In this document: positions 9,955-19,474 of the stretch, one piece after another
How the letters are laid out: each line of letters begins with the position of its first letter
How positions within the stretch are numbered: the first letter of the stretch is position 1
Assembly (NCBI GenBank): GCA_002350445.1
Contig: DEEV01000116.1
Span: 5,817-38,437, forward strand
Reading direction: 5' to 3'
Length of the DNA: 32,621 bases
Source: Treponema sp. UBA2869
GTDB taxonomy: Bacteria > Spirochaetota > Spirochaetia > Treponematales > Treponemataceae
Notes under the pieces: model-generated
Databases searched by the model: none
The model's input: only the letters and a program-made list of their open reading frames with translations
Told to the model about the DNA's origin: nothing
Program-made: the position numbers and the translations under genes

Positions 9955-10911
9955 TTATAAACCTGAAATGTAACAGCGTTGAACAAGTTCTATAAATGCA
10001 AGCCGTTCCAGTGTAGAAAGCTTTCCGAATTTTTCTTCATAAATTGCAATTATGCTGTCTATTGTGTTAGAAGCCTTAAAAAATTCAGAACGACCGTTAT
10101 CCAAAAGCTTTATAGAAACATCTTTGTACATCAGCTTTGCCGCTTCCATAGGACTTATAAATTCATCATCAGACTGCCAGTAAAAATTCCAAAGCGCAAA
10201 CCAGATTCCTCGAATCACTTCGCGATCCGGCTCAGGTCTAGTGTTAAGGCTGCCGTTCAGTTTTTTTAGCGACCATTTTTCGCAAGAATCTTTAGAAGCA
10301 TCGTCAATTTCAAAATTAAGCCATTCCCGTTTTGAATCCGGACTTGAACTGAAAACATCTACCCAAAGGCAATCAGTGTCAGTCATAAGAAAACAGAAAA
10401 TATAATCAACCTGAAGATTCATTGAACAATAAACCTTTGCATAATAAGCAGAACTTGGCTTTAACGGAAGATTTGTAAACGCCTGAACAAGTGCAGACAA
10501 AAGTTCCAGGGAAATATATTCATCCTTAAGGTTTTCCATTATATACAAAGCGTAATAAATTGCTTCAGATTTATCGCTGACTGCTGTTGTCGGATAAAAA
10601 CTTTTGTAAAGTACATATGGATTCGTATAATTTCTTGAACGCTCCTCATAAATCCAGTCGCGCACCTCTTCGTATTCCGGGAAATCTGTTGCATAATTAA
10701 ACTTCTGCTGATTTACCGGCGGAAAAGCCTCTATAGCTTTCTGCCATTCCTGATCTCTTTTTGCATCATAATCAAAGGGGGCACCGTTTGATACAAGCCT
10801 TTCCTGAATAGCCTGGATTTTTTCAGATTCTGCGTCAACATTCTTTTCTTTAGCACACGCAGAAAATATCATCATAAAAAATGCACAAAAAAATAAAAAT
10901 GTTTTTTTCAC
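9955..10911 (-). CDS. Hypothetical lipoprotein
   Basis: 318-aa ORF with GTG start and CAGGA upstream; signal peptide MKKTFLFFCAFFMMIFSAC. No recognisable domain. Confidence 0.7.
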   Translation of the reverse strand: MKKTFLFFCAFFMMIFSACAKEKNVDAESEKIQAIQERLVSNGAPFDYDAKRDQEWQKAIEAFPPVNQQKFNYATDFPEYEEVRDWIYEERSRNYTNPYVLYKSFYPTTAVSDKSEAIYYALYIMENLKDEYISLELLSALVQAFTNLPLKPSSAYYAKVYCSMNLQVDYIFCFLMTDTDCLWVDVFSSSPDSKREWLNFEIDDASKDSCEKWSLKKLNGSLNTRPEPDREVIRGIWFALWNFYWQSDDEFISPMEAAKLMYKDVSIKLLDNGRSEFFKASNTIDSIIAIYEEKFGKLSTLERLAFIELVQRCYISGL

Positions 10912-10926
10912 TGTAATTCCTGCTAT

Positions 10927-10959
10927 AAAAAAACACCATCCGATTTTAGATGGTGTTTT
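10927..10959 (-). terminator. Rho-independent terminator after fabG
   Basis: AAAACACCATC-N8-GATGGTGTTTT inverted repeat followed by a T run on the minus strand. Confidence 0.75.
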
Positions 10960-10989
10960 GATTTTTTTTTTACTGTTCTCCGATAATCA

Positions 10990-11742
10990 TCACATACCAC
11001 CGTCAATCTCAATTACCTGGCGGGTAATGTAAGCTGCGCCTTCGCTCAAAAGGAATACTGCAGCTGCAGCGATTTCTTCAGGTTTTCCGGCACGTCCCAT
11101 TGGGATAGTCTGCATAATGATGTCGTAAACTTCCGGACGGATAGCCTTTGTCATTTCAGTTTCAATTACACCAGGTGCAATTGCGTTACATGTAATTCCA
11201 CGACCTGCAAGTTCAACCGCAAGAGCCTTTGTAGCACCGATGATACCAGCCTTAGAAGCACTGTAGTTAGACTGTCCGCGGTTTCCGTGAACGCCACTTA
11301 CAGAAGAAATTGTGATGATACGTCCACCGCGCTTGTTCTTGCGGCTTGCCATTGGCATCAAAAGCGGGTTGATTACGTTGTAGAAGCTGTCGAGGTTAGT
11401 ATGAATAACCTTGTCCCAGTCTTCGCCACTCATAGCAACAAAAGTATTGTCGCGGGTAACACCAGCGTTATTTACAATTCCCCAGAGAACTCCGTGTTTT
11501 GCAGTCAAATCAGCAAGCTTTGCCTTACAATCTTCGCGGTTAGAAACATCAAACTGAATGATTTCTCCCTGTCCGCCAGCTTCCTGAACCAGTTTCAGAG
11601 TTTCCTCTGCCTTTCCCTGACTTCCATTATAGTGGCAGATTACATAATATCCGGCTTTTGCAGCCTCAACAGCGATTGCTCGTCCAATTCCACCACTGGC
11701 ACCAGTTACCAGAACCTTCTTATCAGCATTAACGTTTTCCAT
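10990..11742 (-). CDS. fabG: 3-oxoacyl-ACP reductase (SDR; ApeQ-like)
   Basis: TGASGGIG, NNAGVTRD, YSASK catalytic motif, PGVIET; AGGAG RBS. Confidence 0.93.
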   Translation of the reverse strand: MENVNADKKVLVTGASGGIGRAIAVEAAKAGYYVICHYNGSQGKAEETLKLVQEAGGQGEIIQFDVSNREDCKAKLADLTAKHGVLWGIVNNAGVTRDNTFVAMSGEDWDKVIHTNLDSFYNVINPLLMPMASRKNKRGGRIITISSVSGVHGNRGQSNYSASKAGIIGATKALAVELAGRGITCNAIAPGVIETEMTKAIRPEVYDIIMQTIPMGRAGKPEEIAAAAVFLLSEGAAYITRQVIEIDGGM

Positions 11743-11778
11743 TTGAATCTCCTGATTTCTTCTTTATATTGTTGGATA

Positions 11779-11830
11779 ATTCTAACACACAAAAGCGCGT
11801 TTTTCTAGACATTTTTTTAAATTTTGTCAA
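11779..11830 (-). promoter_or_regulatory. Candidate internal promoter(s) for fabG
   Basis: Minus strand: TTGACA (11830-11825)-N17-TAGAAA, and downstream an extended -10 TGtTAGAAT (about 11787-11779). Confidence 0.5.
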
Positions 11831-11848
11831 AGTATAAAGTCAATTATA

Positions 11849-11875
11849 GCCGGCAGAAACTTAATTTGTGCCGGC
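11849..11875 (-). terminator. Hairpin just after the ApeP-like dehydratase (weak terminator or processing site)
   Basis: GCCGGCA-N13-TGCCGGC inverted repeat; poor U-tract. Confidence 0.4.
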
Positions 11876-11882
11876 AAGAAAA

Positions 11883-12371
11883 TTAGTCGCCAAAAAGCGC
11901 GTGAGTATCTTCTGTTTCCATTACAGAAATTTTTGCAGTTACAGCAGGCTCTGCGTCGTCCTTATCAGCAAAAAGCTGGCACAAATATCTGTAAACGTGA
12001 TTTTCATCATCGCGGAAATCTTCTGCAATTTTCATGCGGATTGTTGTTCCGTTTTTAAGGTAACCAACAGAAGCCTTAAATTCCATTACACTTAAAATAA
12101 AGCCCGGAAGAGGAGTTCTGCCTTTCATTGTATTTGTAATTCCGGTAAGAGCCGAAATGCCTTGAGCCATAAATTCAAAACCGGCCCAGCTTGGAACTCC
12201 ATCAAATTCAGGTTCATAGAAAATACAGTTTTCTGTAATATCGTATTCGCTTGTAATAGTGTGATTATCAATATTGTGTTCAAGCACGCGGCTTAAAAGA
12301 AACATTTTACCTTTGTGCGGCAAATAATTAATAAGCTCATCGTGTTCAATATGCTGCTGAATTACTTTCAT
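11883..12371 (-). CDS. Hotdog-fold 3-hydroxyacyl-ACP dehydratase (ApeP-like)
   Basis: LPHKGKMFLL and GFEFMAQ motifs; position between KS and KR. Confidence 0.85.
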   Translation of the reverse strand: MKVIQQHIEHDELINYLPHKGKMFLLSRVLEHNIDNHTITSEYDITENCIFYEPEFDGVPSWAGFEFMAQGISALTGITNTMKGRTPLPGFILSVMEFKASVGYLKNGTTIRMKIAEDFRDDENHVYRYLCQLFADKDDAEPAVTAKISVMETEDTHALFGD

Positions 12372-12389
12372 TTTTATTATACCTCGTTA

Positions 12390-13607
12390 CTAGAATCCAA
12401 TTATTAAGCTGACGTTTGCACCGCCAAATGCAAAGGAATTACTCATGCAGGTTTTAATTTTACCTGACGCGGTTCCATTTTTGTCTGCAAAATTTAGTTC
12501 TGCAAGTTCCGGATCTTTCCGACCATCCCAAATTTGCAGCGGCAATAAAATATTATTGCAATTTTCATCAAAATTTTCAATGAGCGTTTTATAGCAGATT
12601 GAAAGCTCCAGTGCGGCGGCGGCTCCAAGAGTATGCCCCGTAACCGGCTTTGTTGAACTTGCTGGAACAGATTTTTTTCCACTTCCAAAAACCTGCGCAA
12701 CAGCAAGACTTTCCATGCTGTCGTTTAATTTTGTTCCGGTTCCGTGCAGATTCAGATAGTCTATTTGTGATGCCTTTAAGCCTGCCCGCTCCAATGCCGC
12801 TTTTATTGCACAAACTGCGCCCTGCCCGTCCGGGTTTGGTGAAGTTGCGTGGTAAGCATCAGCGCTTTCGCCAAAGCCTAAAAGCCGAACAGTGGTTGAG
12901 TCTGACGAAAACACCGTAGAGTCCTTAGACAACAAAAAGAACGCCGCCGCGTCGCCCATTGTAATTCCATGTCTGTTTTTACTGAACGGATTTGTAATTT
13001 CAGTGGAAATTGCTTCCAGCGAACTAAAACCTGCCAGCGCAGTATCCGAAGCAATATCAACGCCGCCTGTTACAACTGCATCTGCAAAACCTGAAAGAAT
13101 AAGTTCTGCCGCTTTAATAACTGCCGAACCGCTGGAAGAACAGGCTGTTGCAAAAGCAAGCGAAGGGCCTTTTAATTCAAAACGCTCAGAAATATAAGTA
13201 GCAACATAATCTGCGCCCTGCATTTCAAGCTTATAATCCTGTGGAAATTTCCCTTCCGCAAGAAACTTTCTGTGCGCCGCAAGCGAAAATTCTGTTCCGT
13301 TATCGCACGAGCCGGCACAAACCGCAACCCGTTCTGCACCAAAACGCTTTCTTGCCGCTTCAATATCGCCTGCAATCTGATTCAAAGCCGCTTCTTCCAG
13401 CCTGATAATTTTCATATCATAGCGGGCATATTCCGCGGGCTTTAACGCAGAATCATCAACGCGGGCCGCATAAAATTCATCACCGGTACAAATTTTATGC
13501 TTTTTTATTCCCTTCTGATTTTTGGTTGTTACACTTTGCCAAAGTTCATCAATATTTTTACCTGCCGCACAAAAAACGCCGGGTTTTGAAATATAAATAT
13601 TTTCCAT
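12390..13607 (-). CDS. Beta-ketoacyl-ACP synthase (ApeO-like)
   Basis: TACSSS, NPFSKNRHGITMGDAA, NLHGTGT, GHTLGAA, SNSFAFGG; Cys-His-His triad intact. Confidence 0.9.
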   Translation of the reverse strand: MENIYISKPGVFCAAGKNIDELWQSVTTKNQKGIKKHKICTGDEFYAARVDDSALKPAEYARYDMKIIRLEEAALNQIAGDIEAARKRFGAERVAVCAGSCDNGTEFSLAAHRKFLAEGKFPQDYKLEMQGADYVATYISERFELKGPSLAFATACSSSGSAVIKAAELILSGFADAVVTGGVDIASDTALAGFSSLEAISTEITNPFSKNRHGITMGDAAAFFLLSKDSTVFSSDSTTVRLLGFGESADAYHATSPNPDGQGAVCAIKAALERAGLKASQIDYLNLHGTGTKLNDSMESLAVAQVFGSGKKSVPASSTKPVTGHTLGAAAALELSICYKTLIENFDENCNNILLPLQIWDGRKDPELAELNFADKNGTASGKIKTCMSNSFAFGGANVSLIIGF

Positions 13608-13619
13608 AAAATTCTAAAC

Positions 13620-14261
13620 CTAAAATCCTTCTGCCACAGTTAAAATATATGAATAGCCGCGAAGATAATTTTTAATCGTGATAATATCATCTTTATTTGT
13701 AATTTCTTCTATCAGATTTTCGCCATCACGAATTAAACGTGTTTCATTAACGCTTGCTGTCGGATTAAATCCGCTTCCATTCCAGACTTCAAAATTCAAT
13801 CCAGCCGATTTATAATTTGCATACAACGCTTTGCTGTCATAAATGGCATTTTGAATATCGCAGATTATGTATTCCGGCAAAAGTTTTCCATCGAACATAG
13901 ACGAAGTAAAACTTGCCTTCTCTTTTGAAAAACTAAGGTTTCCCATATCTACACCAAAAATATTAAAAAGCGAAACACTAATTCCATTAAAATCACTTTG
14001 AATATAAGCAAGCATCGAAAAACTTTTATTTCCGTAAGTTCCTTCAATTTTTTGAATTGTATCAACAGGATAATCAAAATGTTCCGGCGAAAGAAGATAA
14101 ACTTTTTTAGAATTTGTAATATAAACCGGCCTTAAATTTTTACAGACATGAACATCATTTTCTATACCAGTGGTGTAAGCAGACGTATTCTTTGAAGCAC
14201 ACGATACAAACAAAATCAAACTCAAAAAAACGCCAGAAATCAAAAGCCTATTTTTTTTCAT
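13620..14261 (-). CDS. DUF3261-type lipoprotein (ApeN-like)
   Basis: Start at ATG 14261 (GGAAGGG RBS) gives signal peptide MKKNRLLISGVFLSLILFVSC. PEYIICDIQ motif, terminal RGYSYIL and syntenic position. Confidence 0.75.
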   Translation of the reverse strand: MKKNRLLISGVFLSLILFVSCASKNTSAYTTGIENDVHVCKNLRPVYITNSKKVYLLSPEHFDYPVDTIQKIEGTYGNKSFSMLAYIQSDFNGISVSLFNIFGVDMGNLSFSKEKASFTSSMFDGKLLPEYIICDIQNAIYDSKALYANYKSAGLNFEVWNGSGFNPTASVNETRLIRDGENLIEEITNKDDIITIKNYLRGYSYILTVAEGF

Positions 14262-16656
14262 TTTTTTCCCTTCCATAAAAGAATGATACAACATAAGCTG
14301 TAGAAAGTCCTGTAAAAATTGAAAGTCCCATTAAGTGAACCGGCTGAAAACGACTTAGCGCAAGCGCTCCAAAAGAAATGATTGTTGTTAAAAACGAAAG
14401 CATTGTCGCAAAATTTTCAAGGCCGTTTTCGCAATCTGCCGGCGCTTTTTCTGCTTCAGTCATATAAATTATATAATCAAGGCCAAGACCAAAAACAAGA
14501 ATAAGTCCTGTTACCGAAAAGAATTCCAGATGAATTCCGAGCGTTGCAAAAACAGAAGCTACAACAAGAATCACCAGAAGCGGAACCGAAAGAATTTTCA
14601 AAGTCTGCTTCCAGCTGTAAAAGAATTTTAGCATGATTAAGATAATTACAAATGCAAGCGCAAAGAATTTCAGCATCATGGCGGTAAGGTTATCTAAATT
14701 CCAGCTGATTTGAACTGTTTTGTTTATAAAATAAACATCAGGCGTTGCTTCGGCCAGAATTGATTTTTCATCATAATTATAAGGATCAGACGGCAGCAAA
14801 ACCGAATAATATTTGCCGTCAATGTTTCCAAGCCATACAGATTTTACAGCATCTTCCAGAAATTTCGGAACAGTTCCATCTTCAAACGAGACTAAATCAT
14901 CGTCGGAATTTTCAAATGAGTCTTGCAAGTCTCTGGCAAGCTTACGCGCTTCGGGAACAGAATAGCCTAAATTTTCAAATTGATATTTTGCATTTTTCAA
15001 AAGCGATGCGCCAACAAAACGTGAAATTCTCTGATTTATTTTTGAAGGAACAAAAAGCGTCGTACACAAATAGTTCCCCTGCGTTCCAAATTTGTCTTCG
15101 TAAACCCGGCGGAAATTTTCCTCGTTTTCAAGAACATCCTGTTCAGAATTTCCGCTTATAATAAACCAGCCGGAAGGATTATACTGAATTACGCCCGACG
15201 CTGTAATTTCATCCTGCAAAAGCTTTCCTTTCATTTTGTAAAGCGATAGCAGATTATTTTTTATTCCGACGTTTTTAAAATTCACAAAAAGCAAAATTGA
15301 ACTAAACGCAAAAATCAGAACAATAACAGTTCTTCCAATCCGGCGTTTTTGAACCGCCCCGCTGATTTTTGAAAAAGCCTTTACACCGCAAATTCCTCTG
15401 CTTTTGAGCGGCATCTTAATTTTTGGAAAAACGGCAATTGTTGTAAGATACGAACTTAAAAGCCCTGTAAGGCAGAAAAATGCCATTTGCTTCAAAATTG
15501 CAAACGGCGCAAATAAAAGCAGTGCAAAGCAAATTCCTGTAGAAATAATTGCCATACTAAGCGAAGGAAAAAGTTTTTCACGAATCTGATTTCCGTCTGC
15601 GACGGTTTTATTGCCTGCCCAGTTAACAAAATAATGAAGACTGTAATCAATACACGAACCAATAAGCGAAGTACCAAACACCAGAGTAATTACGTGCATT
15701 TTGCCAAATACCCAAAGCGTTGCAAAAAAGGCAGCTGCGACCGAAAGCGTAATTGCAAAAAGAGAATAAAAAAGCGGCTTTGCACTTCTAAAAACAAAAA
15801 GCAAAATTAAAACTGCAACTAAAAGCGAAACAGTTCCTATTATGGAAATTTCGCGCGAAGACGAAGTTGAACTTTCGTGGCTGTGGAAAGGCGTCCCTGA
15901 AAAAACAAAGTCGGTTGAATCGGTTTTAAGTGCATTGCAGACCTCGTAAATTTTTGTAACACCGTTTTGTTTTGAAGCAAGTTTTGCGCCTTTTTTGCTG
16001 AAAACAACGCGAATCATAACATACCAGATACCGTCTTTTTCTCTGGCAAGCACGCCATCTTTTAAGCTCATTGCCGTTCCCGATTTTTGAACAGCATCCA
16101 GATAATTCTGCAAATTATATTCCGTAAGCAAAAACGGATCCTGTTCAAGATTATCTAAAGGAAGCATTGTTATGCCGCCGTACGCTTTTGAAAGCGCATT
16201 TAAGGCAAAATCATCGGTAAAATTTTTGTCGGAAAATTTATCTGCATCAAGAAAATTCCAGCGGTATTTAAAAAGAAAATCAGTAACCTCTGACATTGAA
16301 AATGCATCGTTATAAAGTACAACTGAATCATAATAATCAGAAGATAAAAGTCCGTTGTAAACCTGCTCCGCACTTTTTTTTGCCTGTGCAAAATCTTTAT
16401 CAGAAACAAGAATAAAAGCGTTCTGCGAAGTCATTGCCGTCATTTTTTTGTCGGCCTTTTTTACAGATTCAGCAGAAGCATTTTCAGGGAGCAGATTAAA
16501 CAAATCAGAATCGAGATGTATTTTTCCGCGGAAAATCACAAGTGACAAAACAAAACAAACAAAGATTAAACAGTGAAAAGCACGCCAGATACTAAAAAGC
16601 CTTTTCTGAAAAAATGATTTTACAAAACTAGTCGATTTTGAATTCGAGTTTTTCAT
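14248..16656 (-). CDS. MMPL/RND-family exporter (ApeM-like)
   Basis: 802 aa with two TM bundles; LVFGTSLIGSCIDYSLHY and LVFGLGLDYIIY motifs. Confidence 0.9.
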   Translation of the reverse strand: MKNSNSKSTSFVKSFFQKRLFSIWRAFHCLIFVCFVLSLVIFRGKIHLDSDLFNLLPENASAESVKKADKKMTAMTSQNAFILVSDKDFAQAKKSAEQVYNGLLSSDYYDSVVLYNDAFSMSEVTDFLFKYRWNFLDADKFSDKNFTDDFALNALSKAYGGITMLPLDNLEQDPFLLTEYNLQNYLDAVQKSGTAMSLKDGVLAREKDGIWYVMIRVVFSKKGAKLASKQNGVTKIYEVCNALKTDSTDFVFSGTPFHSHESSTSSSREISIIGTVSLLVAVLILLFVFRSAKPLFYSLFAITLSVAAAFFATLWVFGKMHVITLVFGTSLIGSCIDYSLHYFVNWAGNKTVADGNQIREKLFPSLSMAIISTGICFALLLFAPFAILKQMAFFCLTGLLSSYLTTIAVFPKIKMPLKSRGICGVKAFSKISGAVQKRRIGRTVIVLIFAFSSILLFVNFKNVGIKNNLLSLYKMKGKLLQDEITASGVIQYNPSGWFIISGNSEQDVLENEENFRRVYEDKFGTQGNYLCTTLFVPSKINQRISRFVGASLLKNAKYQFENLGYSVPEARKLARDLQDSFENSDDDLVSFEDGTVPKFLEDAVKSVWLGNIDGKYYSVLLPSDPYNYDEKSILAEATPDVYFINKTVQISWNLDNLTAMMLKFFALAFVIILIMLKFFYSWKQTLKILSVPLLVILVVASVFATLGIHLEFFSVTGLILVFGLGLDYIIYMTEAEKAPADCENGLENFATMLSFLTTIISFGALALSRFQPVHLMGLSIFTGLSTAYVVSFFYGREKNEKK

Positions 16657-17353
16657 CGGCAGTTAATTCCTGTGGATATTTTTGATTGGAAAATTCGTAA
16701 AGAATTGAATTTCCGCTTTGTTCTGAAATTTCGAGCGAAGTTAAAATTGCATTTTCTTTTTCGTCACCGGCTATAGTTCCCGATAAAATAAGCTGCTTCA
16801 TAACAGACGCAATTGTTGAATCTTTTGGCAAAAGAATAAGCTTCCAGCTACCGGCTTCTTTGTTTTGAAAAGTACATGTAAAATTATTTTTAAGTTCCTC
16901 TGCATTTCCGGAAAAAACAGAGCTTAAAGTTTTAGAAATATTTTCAAAAATCTGATTATCCTTCCCATTCATCACAGACTTTGAACCGTCTGCCAAAGTC
17001 TGAACCATTGTGTCTTTTGTAAGCACAATTTTAGAAGGAAAAGGTTTTTCCGTGTTCCACAAAATGCCAAGCGGACAGATAATAAACTTTCCGTAAGATT
17101 TTAAGGCGCGACCATTTGCTTTTATGTTTTTTGTCTGCGTAAACGAGCCGGTTGTGTTAGATTTAGAGCTAAGCTTAGCGCAAACGCCCTCGAGCGTAAA
17201 ATTTGAGGCGGGGGCGGCGGTTGCGGCTGACGTTGCGGTTGTTTCGCGCGCAGAGGTTGTTTCTTGCGGCAATGTTGTTCCGCGGGCCTGTGCAAAACCT
17301 GCGCCTGCAAACAAACAAATCAAAACTGGAACTACAAAGTATAACTTTTTCAT
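16628..17353 (-). CDS. LolA-like outer-membrane lipoprotein/lipid carrier (ApeL-like)
   Basis: Signal peptide (AGFA), GSFTQTK...LKSYGKF...GILWNTEKPF, WKLILLPKD; upstream of MMPL. Confidence 0.8.
   Translation of the reverse strand: MKKLYFVVPVLICLFAGAGFAQARGTTLPQETTSARETTATSAATAAPASNFTLEGVCAKLSSKSNTTGSFTQTKNIKANGRALKSYGKFIICPLGILWNTEKPFPSKIVLTKDTMVQTLADGSKSVMNGKDNQIFENISKTLSSVFSGNAEELKNNFTCTFQNKEAGSWKLILLPKDSTIASVMKQLILSGTIAGDEKENAILTSLEISEQSGNSILYEFSNQKYPQELTADEKLEFKID
17219..17290. repeat. Degenerate 18-nt tandem repeat (about 4 units) encoding a Thr/Ala-rich linker
   Basis: Units ggttgcggctgacgttgc / ggttgtttcgcgcgcaga / ggttgtttcttgcggcaa / tgttgttccgcgggcctg; protein (Q)ARGTT-LPQETT-SARETT-ATSAAT. 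Confidence 0.55.
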
Positions 17354-17355
17354 AA

Positions 17356-18339
17356 TTATTCCTTCCAGAAATCAAAAAAATTATACCACTGGTAAGGATA
17401 CAGCTGGCAGTATTTTTCAAGCTTTTGGGCAAATTCTGCACAGCAGGCATTAATGCGTTCATCGCGTTCCTTACGCTCACATTCAAAACTAACCTTAGAT
17501 TTTTCTATATAAACATTATACTTTGGATGAAAAACCGAAACGCGGGTTCTAAGCCCGAACATAAAATAAAGCGGCGCTTTTATTAAAGCCGGAATCAAAA
17601 ATGCTCCGTAAGAAAAACTTGCTTCTTTACCAAGAAAATTACGGCGAATAACCTTTTGTCTTGTATGTGCCGAAGTCCTGTCGCCAGCAATTACAACAAG
17701 ACCGCCCTCTTCTACCGCATTCATCAGCGTAACCATAGAATCAGGACCAATTTCATCAGAATCAATAATATTAAACGAAACTTTAGGATTAAGAGAATTG
17801 AGCGTGCGCATAAAATTATTGTTCAACTTAAGGTTCATTACAACATAAACCGGAACATCGCGTCCAACCAGCTCGCGATTATGCTCGGCAAGGCTGCGCA
17901 TCAGTTCCATATTTCCAAGATGCGAAGTAATAAGCAGCGCTCCCTTACCCTGTTTTAAAACTTCCAGAATATCTTTTACATCATCATCCTGATATTGAAT
18001 ACGGCTGAATTTTATTTTCCCAAGCCAGCCTTCCATTTTTTCGACAATGCACAGCGAAAACGAAAGATACTGCTGATACGAGCTGATTCGCTTAGGAATT
18101 TTGCCGCCTGTATAGGCTTTCAGCTGCTTTTGATACTCTTCGGCAAACCTGCGTCCGCCGGGTGCAAATATATAATAGAAAAAACTTACAGGATAGATGA
18201 GCATTCGCACAAGAAAGCCTGGCGCAATTTTAAACAAAAACAACAGAAAGCGCAGAGAATTATTTGTTTTTATGATTTCTTCTTCGTCAGCCCAGTGTTT
18301 AGATTCCGGCTGAATATTCTGCTCAGATTTATCAGCCAT
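17356..18339 (-). CDS. LpxL/LpxP-family (lipid A-type) acyltransferase (C-terminal half of ApeJ-like)
   Basis: TSHLGNMELMR, IAGDRT, YPYQWYNFFDFW motifs. Confidence 0.85.
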   Translation of the reverse strand: MADKSEQNIQPESKHWADEEEIIKTNNSLRFLLFLFKIAPGFLVRMLIYPVSFFYYIFAPGGRRFAEEYQKQLKAYTGGKIPKRISSYQQYLSFSLCIVEKMEGWLGKIKFSRIQYQDDDVKDILEVLKQGKGALLITSHLGNMELMRSLAEHNRELVGRDVPVYVVMNLKLNNNFMRTLNSLNPKVSFNIIDSDEIGPDSMVTLMNAVEEGGLVVIAGDRTSAHTRQKVIRRNFLGKEASFSYGAFLIPALIKAPLYFMFGLRTRVSVFHPKYNVYIEKSKVSFECERKERDERINACCAEFAQKLEKYCQLYPYQWYNFFDFWKE

Positions 18340-19081
18340 TTTTTTTCCTTTTATGATTATTTATAAGAACAAACGGAAAACGGAAAATCAATTCAGCACA
18401 AAGCCTTGTATACATCCATGAAAGGCGCACCGTGTCGGTAAAATAATTGTAGTTTGAAATGCCGTCTTTCGGGTAAAAAATCTTTACAGGCTCCGAAACT
18501 ACTTTAATACCTTTCCAGTAAAGACGCACAAGAATCTCAATATCGCAGCCCATTCTGCTGTCAACGTACAAAGTATGCTTAAGCATTTTTACAAATGGCG
18601 CAACCGGATAAACTCTAAATCCAATCATTCCGTCAATAATTTCTTTGGAAAAAGTTACCTTATGAACCCAGTTGTTTGCAAAGCTTCTGCCATTTACGCG
18701 CTCCTGCGGCGCATCCTTATCGTATTCAGGATAAGCACAAATAATTGCATCCGGATTTTCCTGAGATTTTTTAATAAAAAATTCTACGCGTCCTGCATCG
18801 TGCTGACCATCCGAATCAATCTGAAGCACATGCGTAAGTCCAAGCCTGTTTGCCTCGCGAACAGCCGAAAAAATAGCCTTACCCTTTCCCATATTTTTTT
18901 TGTGGGTAATTACAGTTACCAGAGAATAGTTTTTTTCAACAGCTTCAATGTAGCGGCGGTTTTCTTCATCATTTCCATCATCAACCACAATAATCGGGTA
19001 ATTAAATGGAACAAGATTTTTTACAACCGATTCCAGCGTTGAACCATGACGGTAAACTGGAATTATAAAACCAAAGTTCAT
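18332..19081 (-). CDS. Glycosyltransferase family 2 (N-terminal half of ApeJ-like)
   Basis: IIPVYRH, VVDDG, NMGKGKA, QIDSDGQH, GFRVYP, DIEILVR. Confidence 0.9.
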   Translation of the reverse strand: MNFGFIIPVYRHGSTLESVVKNLVPFNYPIIVVDDGNDEENRRYIEAVEKNYSLVTVITHKKNMGKGKAIFSAVREANRLGLTHVLQIDSDGQHDAGRVEFFIKKSQENPDAIICAYPEYDKDAPQERVNGRSFANNWVHKVTFSKEIIDGMIGFRVYPVAPFVKMLKHTLYVDSRMGCDIEILVRLYWKGIKVVSEPVKIFYPKDGISNYNYFTDTVRLSWMYTRLCAELIFRFPFVLINNHKRKKNG

Positions 19082-19102
19082 TCTAAGTCCAAAAAACAGG
19101 GC

Positions 19103-19474
19103 CTACTCGTCTATGTAAGCAAACGAACCGGAAGAGTAAGTTTTTCCTTCAACAGCTGCATCGCTCATTGTAAAGCTGATTGTTCCTTTTGCCACATTTT
19201 TTGAAAGTTCAAGGTGAATCTTTGTATCCGGTCTGATTGGTGCCGAAAATTTAATGCGTTTGATATTTGGAACATAGCGCTGGCTTGAAAAATACTTGCG
19301 CGAAAAGCGAGTAATTACTTCAAACTGAGCAACAGCCGGAAGCAGTTTGTATTCCGGAAAATGTCCGTCAAAAAAATCACTTGATGCCGGAATTACAAAT
19401 TCGAGCACTGCATTAGTTTCGTCTTTCGAAATTACCTGTTCATTCACAATATCGTGATTGTTTGCTTCTTTCAT
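19103..19474 (-). CDS. FabA/FabZ-like dehydratase (ApeI-like)
   Basis: FFDGHFPEYKLLPAVAQ, IKFSAPIRP, SSG motifs. Confidence 0.85.
   Translation of the reverse strand: MKEANNHDIVNEQVISKDETNAVLEFVIPASSDFFDGHFPEYKLLPAVAQFEVITRFSRKYFSSQRYVPNIKRIKFSAPIRPDTKIHLELSKNVAKGTISFTMSDAAVEGKTYSSGSFAYIDE

Noticed and set aside
14251-14267. Phase-variable homopolymers (T8/T7) at the MMPL/DUF3261 overlap, and T10 at 10962-10971
   Set aside because: Such runs are common in AT-rich DNA; the frames are intact and the T10 run is beside a terminator.
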